Assembly (NCBI RefSeq): GCF_009914755.1
Contig: NC_060947.1
Source of the DNA: the human T2T-CHM13v2.0 reference genome, Homo sapiens
Length of the DNA: 64,000 nucleotides
Direction: 5' to 3' (one strand)
The notes under the pieces were generated by a model. The model ran no database searches, was not told the origin of the DNA, and worked only from the letters and a program-made list of their open reading frames with translations. A program made the position numbers and the translations under genes. Below, piece by piece: positions 58,441 to 64,000 of the stretch; the first letter of the stretch is position 1, and every line of letters begins with the position of its first letter.

Positions 58441-58614
58441 GGTAAACTTATTCTACAAAATGAAGTAGATGGTAGGGAGCACATCTTTGACATAAAAGGG
58501 GTTGGGAAAAAACCTTCGGCCTTGGAACACATCACTGTGGAATGTCAAGTGGGGAATGTGACACAAAAGCATATAACATTGCCTCATTTCACAAATACTG
58601 CCCTAACATTTAAG
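58441..58614 (+). CDS. CFAP47: CFAP47 coding exon I (174 nt, phase 0-0): GKLILQNEVDGREHIFDIKGVGKKPSALEHITVECQVGNVTQKHITLPHFTNTALTFK
   Basis: tttctcatag| acceptor, AAG|gtaaga donor, 58 open codons. Confidence 0.9.
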
Positions 58615-59042
58615 GTAAGAATTTATTTTTAGTGTGAAAGTGTTTTTTTCTGAATATAGTGAATCACATGAAATATAATAATTACAAACAATTTTTTAAA
58701 CATTTAGTTTTACTTAATCAGTTGAAGCAATGTCACATAAGATGTCTACAATCCTACCTATTATTAGTCCAACAGCTTTTAAATATCATTTCAATTATAA
58801 AGTTGAATTAGGATGAAATAAGTCTTATATGTATATAACTATAAAGCACATTAAAATCTACTTATTTGAGTCATGTGCTTTTCATTGAAAAAATTGTACA
58901 TGATAATAAATGGTGTTTTCAAAAATATTTAGAAACATCTTTTAAAATTTTAATGTGAAATCTGTAAGCAAAACAAAATTTCAGAAGTGTAGCCTATCAT
59001 TTACCAGTGTAAATAATGGTGGAAATATTAAGGAATGCATAA

Positions 59043-59438
<396 letters not shown>

Positions 59439-59847
59439 TAAACCAATCTTTAAATAACATTTTCCACTCACTCCTACAATTACCCACAAATAGTTATTTG
59501 CTCAATAGGATCCTCAAAAGAAGCTTCAAATATCTACCCATTATAGGTGCCTGAATTCAATTTTAGAGGGGACTACAGAAGTTTGTAAATTCTCTGGGTT
59601 TACTCTTTGCTTTTTTTGTAACCCTGATAAATATGTGCCTTGGTTTTCCTCTTCTTTTTTTTTGCTAGATTGCAAATGGAATTAATATTCTAAATGAAAC
59701 TCTTATCTTCTCATGTCCGAGTAAAATTATTCAGTGCCATCTCTTACCTTCAAAATCAAAACCTAGTCCTTTGCCCATTTTTTTATAGGGATATCTGGAT
59801 TTTAATGTCTTTTTTTTTCTGTTGAGTTGTGTTTTCCTTATATTTTA

Positions 59848-60204
59848 TGATATGGTTTGGTTGTGTCCCCACCCAAATCTCATCTTGAATTGTAGCTCCC
59901 ATAATTCCCATGTGTCATGGGTGGGACCTGGTGGGAGGTAATTGAATCATGTGGGTGGATTTTTCCCATGCTGTTCTCGTGATAATGAATAAGTCTCATG
60001 AGATCTGATGGTTTTATAAAGGGAAGTTCCCCTGCACATGTTCTCTCTGGCTTATTGCCATGTAAGACATGTCTTTTGCCTTCCACCATGATAGTGACGC
60101 CTCCCCAGCCACATGGAGCTGTGTGTCCATTAAAAATCTTTTTCTTTATAAATTACCCAGTCTTGGGTGTGTCTTTATCAGCAGCATGAAAATAGACTAA
60201 TACA
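59848..60204 (+). mobile_element. THE1 (B/C) solo LTR inserted in an old antisense L1 fragment
   Basis: tgatatggtttggttgtgtccccacccaaatctcatcttgaattg...gactaataca. 5-bp TSD tttta/tttta. Confidence 0.92.
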
Positions 60205-60944
60205 TTTTATCTATTATCCTCATATCACCTATGTAATTTGCGAATATTTTGTCCATTCCTTAGGTTGCCTTACATTTCATTGATTGTTTCCTCTGCTGTG
60301 ACCTCTGTGAACTCAAGGGCCAGTAACATGTGAAGTTTGACACTGTTGACCTACCTTCTTAATGTTATTCACCCTTTATTTTATATTATTCTACATTTCT
60401 TGTTTCCTTGACATTAATTCCTTAACATTGGATTATCAAGTGATAATCAAACCTTGATTATTACTTATCTGGTCCGTTTATTCCTCTAACCTTCTGATTT
60501 CAAGTTTCACGCATCAAAAGCATCCTTATTTCTGTATGACCTCCCACTTGGCAGTTTCCTGGCTTCAGGCTATCATCTAAATACAAATACCAAATTCATA
60601 CTTTTATTCAAGATGTACATGTAAGCTCCAGCCCTTCATTTTCAACTCCTTGCTATACCACTCCACTTTGATAATCTGTTACTATAGACTAGACTCAGCA
60701 TGTTCTTTTAAATGTTTTCCTTGTTCAATTTTTCATTGGTGCTAGTAACTATTTTTATGATGCTTTGTATTTTTAAAAAGCTTTTTAATATACATTTCAT
60801 TTGATTGCTGAAGGTTGAGACCTCTTTAACATGAAAGAGAAACTAAAAACTAGAGAACATAAATGAGATATAGGTAAAATGCTATAGAATTTTATCAAAT
60901 TAACAAAGTAGTAGAAAATAATTATATAATAAAGAAGACAAGAG

Positions 60945-62560
60945 ATGTGGGACTTCCACGAAGGTGAAGCAAGAAGGTTTGTAAATTCATTTTTTAAAGA
61001 AAAGCAATGAAAACACTGGCAAAAATTGTCAAAATCGAATTTTTCAGTGATCTTGAAATTAAAGACTTGAAATAATCTAAGAAGTATATATTTAAGAAAA
61101 ACTCGGAATTCTGGAAAGAGCAGGATGGTTTGTGGCATTTTAACTTGAATTATTCTTATCCCTCTCTCTTTAGCTCTGCAGTCTTGCAACTGTAGTAACT
61201 ATGAAAACCAGCAGCTTTGCAGTCAAAAGAAGAGACAGTGTATGGATTACTATTTGACCTTTTTCCAAGTTTGCTAGCAGCATCCCACTAGGAAGGCATT
61301 ATCATTATTTGACTTGTCTCAGAGTTTGCTCTGATGGATAGGTCCTATCCTTAGAGCATTTGTCAAAAATATTTAGCAGCAATGGTTTAACATTGCAGTT
61401 GTCTGAGGCTGCAATAACAATAGCAGCTAATAAGAGATTGGCTAAAAACTTGAAAGGAAGATCTGGAATATAAGATGCCCTTAGGGGATTTTAGAATCTC
61501 TGGTATATTCCTGGGAAACAAGCAGGCCGCACGGATGTTCAAGATTGTGTACATGCCTGAGAGAGTCCTAATTTTTCACCTCTGGCTGATACAGACACTG
61601 TGAGAGCTGAAAATTAAGGCTAAATCAGAGTTTTAAACTACTTGAGTACTTAAAGTATACAACAACACATATACAGTACTCCTTGTCAAAGGATAGAAGA
61701 TTTATTGGTTCTTTCACCGTTTATAGAAACCTGTGGCAAATTACTGCTGACCGCTAAGCCAACTAAATAGAGCTTCAGTGGGCACATACTATAATGAATA
61801 CAGACTTTACAGAATTAGTTCAGAAAAGTCACTAAACCATAAAAGAACAAAACAACAAAAACAAGAACAATGAAAACAAACCATTAGGAGGGGATGATCT
61901 GATTTCCAAAGTGGCTATATTACCTTACATAAAAAGTAGTTTTCAATAAGAAATTAATTATGAGATGAAGCAAAAGGACAAGGAAGCAAAGAAACAGGAA
62001 AGTATGACCAATGCACAAAAAATAAGCAATTGTTAGAAGCTGTCTCTAAGGGGACCTACACGTTGAATTACTAGACTAAGACTTTAAATAAGCCTTTGTA
62101 AGTATATGCAATGAACTAAAAGAAATCCCATCTAAAGAATTAATGAAAAGTATGACAATGATGTTTCAATAAATATATCATATAAATATAGTTATAAAAA
62201 TAATGAAAAAGACCAACATTCTGGTGTTGACGAGTACAATGAGAATTATTAATTATACAGCCTCAACAGTAGATGTAAGCTGGCAGAAGAAATAATCATC
62301 AAACTTTAATATGAGTCAATACAGATTGTCTAGTCTGGGGAAGAGGAAAAAATAAAGAAAAATGAACAGAACTTTAGATATACATGGAACAGCATCAAGC
62401 ATACCAATGTATGACTTACAGTAGTTCTACAGAAGAGAAATATAATGGAAAAGAAATAGTTTTCAAAGAAATAAAGGCCAAAAAAGCCCCAGATTTTATT
62501 AAACTTTAAACCACATATCCAAAAAGCTCAACCAACTTAAAAACAGCATCAAAAAAATTA
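60945..62560 (+). mobile_element. Old L1M 5' region/ORF1 remnant
   Basis: gcaaagaaacaggaaagtatgacc...ctagactaagactttaaa...aagaaaaatgaacaga...catcaagcataccaat are ORF1-like motifs. Confidence 0.65.
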
Positions 62561-62640
62561 CTGTATAGGTGAATAGAATATACAACATAAATATATGCTA
62601 GATGTAACTGCTTTTCCTTCTAGGTCATTTAAAAGAAAAA

Positions 62641-64000
62641 ATGGGGAGGGGGACAATACGGCCAAATAGACACAGCCAAGAACTGCTGTTCCCATTGATA
62701 GAGACAAAAATATCCAGTAAGCCAACATAATTAGAGCAGATCTTCAGAGGGAAAACACCGAGAGTGGATTGAGAGGCAACTCAGACTCTGAGGCTGAAGG
62801 AGGAGGAAGCTGGAAACCCTACATGGGGTACCTGAGTGCTAGAGATAGTTCCTGGCCCCAAACAACTTCTGGGGAAGGGAAGAGTGAAGGAACTAAGGTA
62901 CAGCTTATTCTCACTGCAGACCTTTAGGATACCAGCTACAGAGGACTCCATGTCCCCATGGATGTTTGAGCTGAGAAAGAGATGTTTTCAGAAAGTAGGC
63001 AGAGACAGGACTTCAGCTAACATGGAGCCAGGGGCTTTCCTGCATGAAGCAGCTCTGTTGGAGTGCAGCCGTAAGTGTCCAGGCCCCAGGGATCCCCATC
63101 TCCCTTCTAGAAGCTCTAGCCCCAGCTGACTGCCAGGCCAAGAGAGAGCAAGGGCAGCTTCCAGATGGAACTGGGGCACATTTATTCTGTACGCCCTACT
63201 GCTAGCCAGCATCTCCCAGGGCACCTGCCTGGCTGCCCCACAGAAGTGTGTGCACAATACAGCCTACACTCTCCAGGCTGAGTGCTTTGCTCCAACTGAG
63301 TACTTTCCTGGCAACCTGGGAGCACTTCAGATCCCTGAGAGCAGCTGGAGCCTGACCCCTAGCTGTGGGCCTGTCATGATGCCTTAGGGTTGCATCATGC
63401 AGCTCAGGAGTACTGAGCCAATATCTTTGGCCAGCACTCAAGTTGAAGAGGAGCCCCCAGTCTTAGAGCACTGAGAACAGTGAGACACATTAGTCCATCA
63501 GCTGGTGTGGGAGTGGGACATTCCTTTCTCTGCAAGGCCAGTCTAGAAACAGTGTGGCCTACCTGCCTGCTGCAGCCTCTGCCCAAGTGAGCCCCCTGGC
63601 CTGGAACGCCTAACAAAAGAAATGTGGGTGCAGTGCCAGTAATCAAATGGGGCTCCTCTAAGGCCCAGAAATCGACCTGGTGAGAGTGTCATCTCTTCCC
63701 CACCCTCTCCCACCACAGAGCACACATGCAAACATGAGAAAAAGAGTCACGTGGCTGTGTAAGAGCTTATCTACCAGTCATTATTCTTAAGCACCATCTA
63801 CTGGATCACAGCCCAAAAGACAGCCCCCAAAATATTCTGCTAACATACACCCCTGTGAAACCAAGGGCAAGAATTCAGCCTCAAATAAATATTGTTTCTG
63901 AAAACATCCACAAACAAAGCAAACTGACTATACCCAAATTACACCACAGTTAAAGGAAAACCAACCCTCCCAGATAAGAAAGAATCAATGCAAGAACTTT
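62641..64000 (+). mobile_element. 5' UTR of an L1PB/L1PA15-16-type element, continuing beyond the window
   Basis: ggggagggggacaatacggccaaatagacacagcc start, GC-rich UTR, ending ...cagataagaaagaatcaatgcaagaac at the ORF1 start region. Confidence 0.7.

Noticed and set aside
62641-63760. GC-rich stretch with several ORFs, resembling a promoter or first exon
   Set aside because: Explained as an old L1 5' UTR; CpG-depleted, and the ORFs have no recognisable product.

Overview
AT-rich, repeat-dense primate (very likely human Xp21) genomic DNA. The window is an internal segment of a large + strand gene. Nine GT-AG coding exons (1106-1183, 10377-10447, 11808-11953, 22136-22250, 23031-23257, 26714-26867, 50383-50579, 57689-57832, 58441-58614; 1306 nt) splice into one uninterrupted reading frame, which I recognise as part of the cilia/flagella protein CFAP47 (formerly split into CXorf22/CXorf59/CXorf30). 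The introns hold a full-length HMGB1 processed pseudogene with target-site duplication (TSD), a full-length ~6.17 kb antisense L1PA with dead ORF1/ORF2, a 5'-inverted (twin-primed) L1, seven Alus, many solo LTRs (MaLR, MER4-group, LTR8, LTR22) and Tigger/MER DNA transposons. There are no prokaryotic features, CRISPR arrays, tRNA or rRNA, and I see no wholly new system. The best lead is the full-length L1: its antisense promoter and an intact, extended ORF0 point at a CFAP47 exon about 160 bp away. This copy also carries a phase-0 donor-like 9-mer (GAG|GTGGGA, identical to a donor of the host gene) that would fuse ORF0 in frame to the CFAP47 C-terminal exons. Repeat subfamily names come from recall of consensus sequences, not from a database search.
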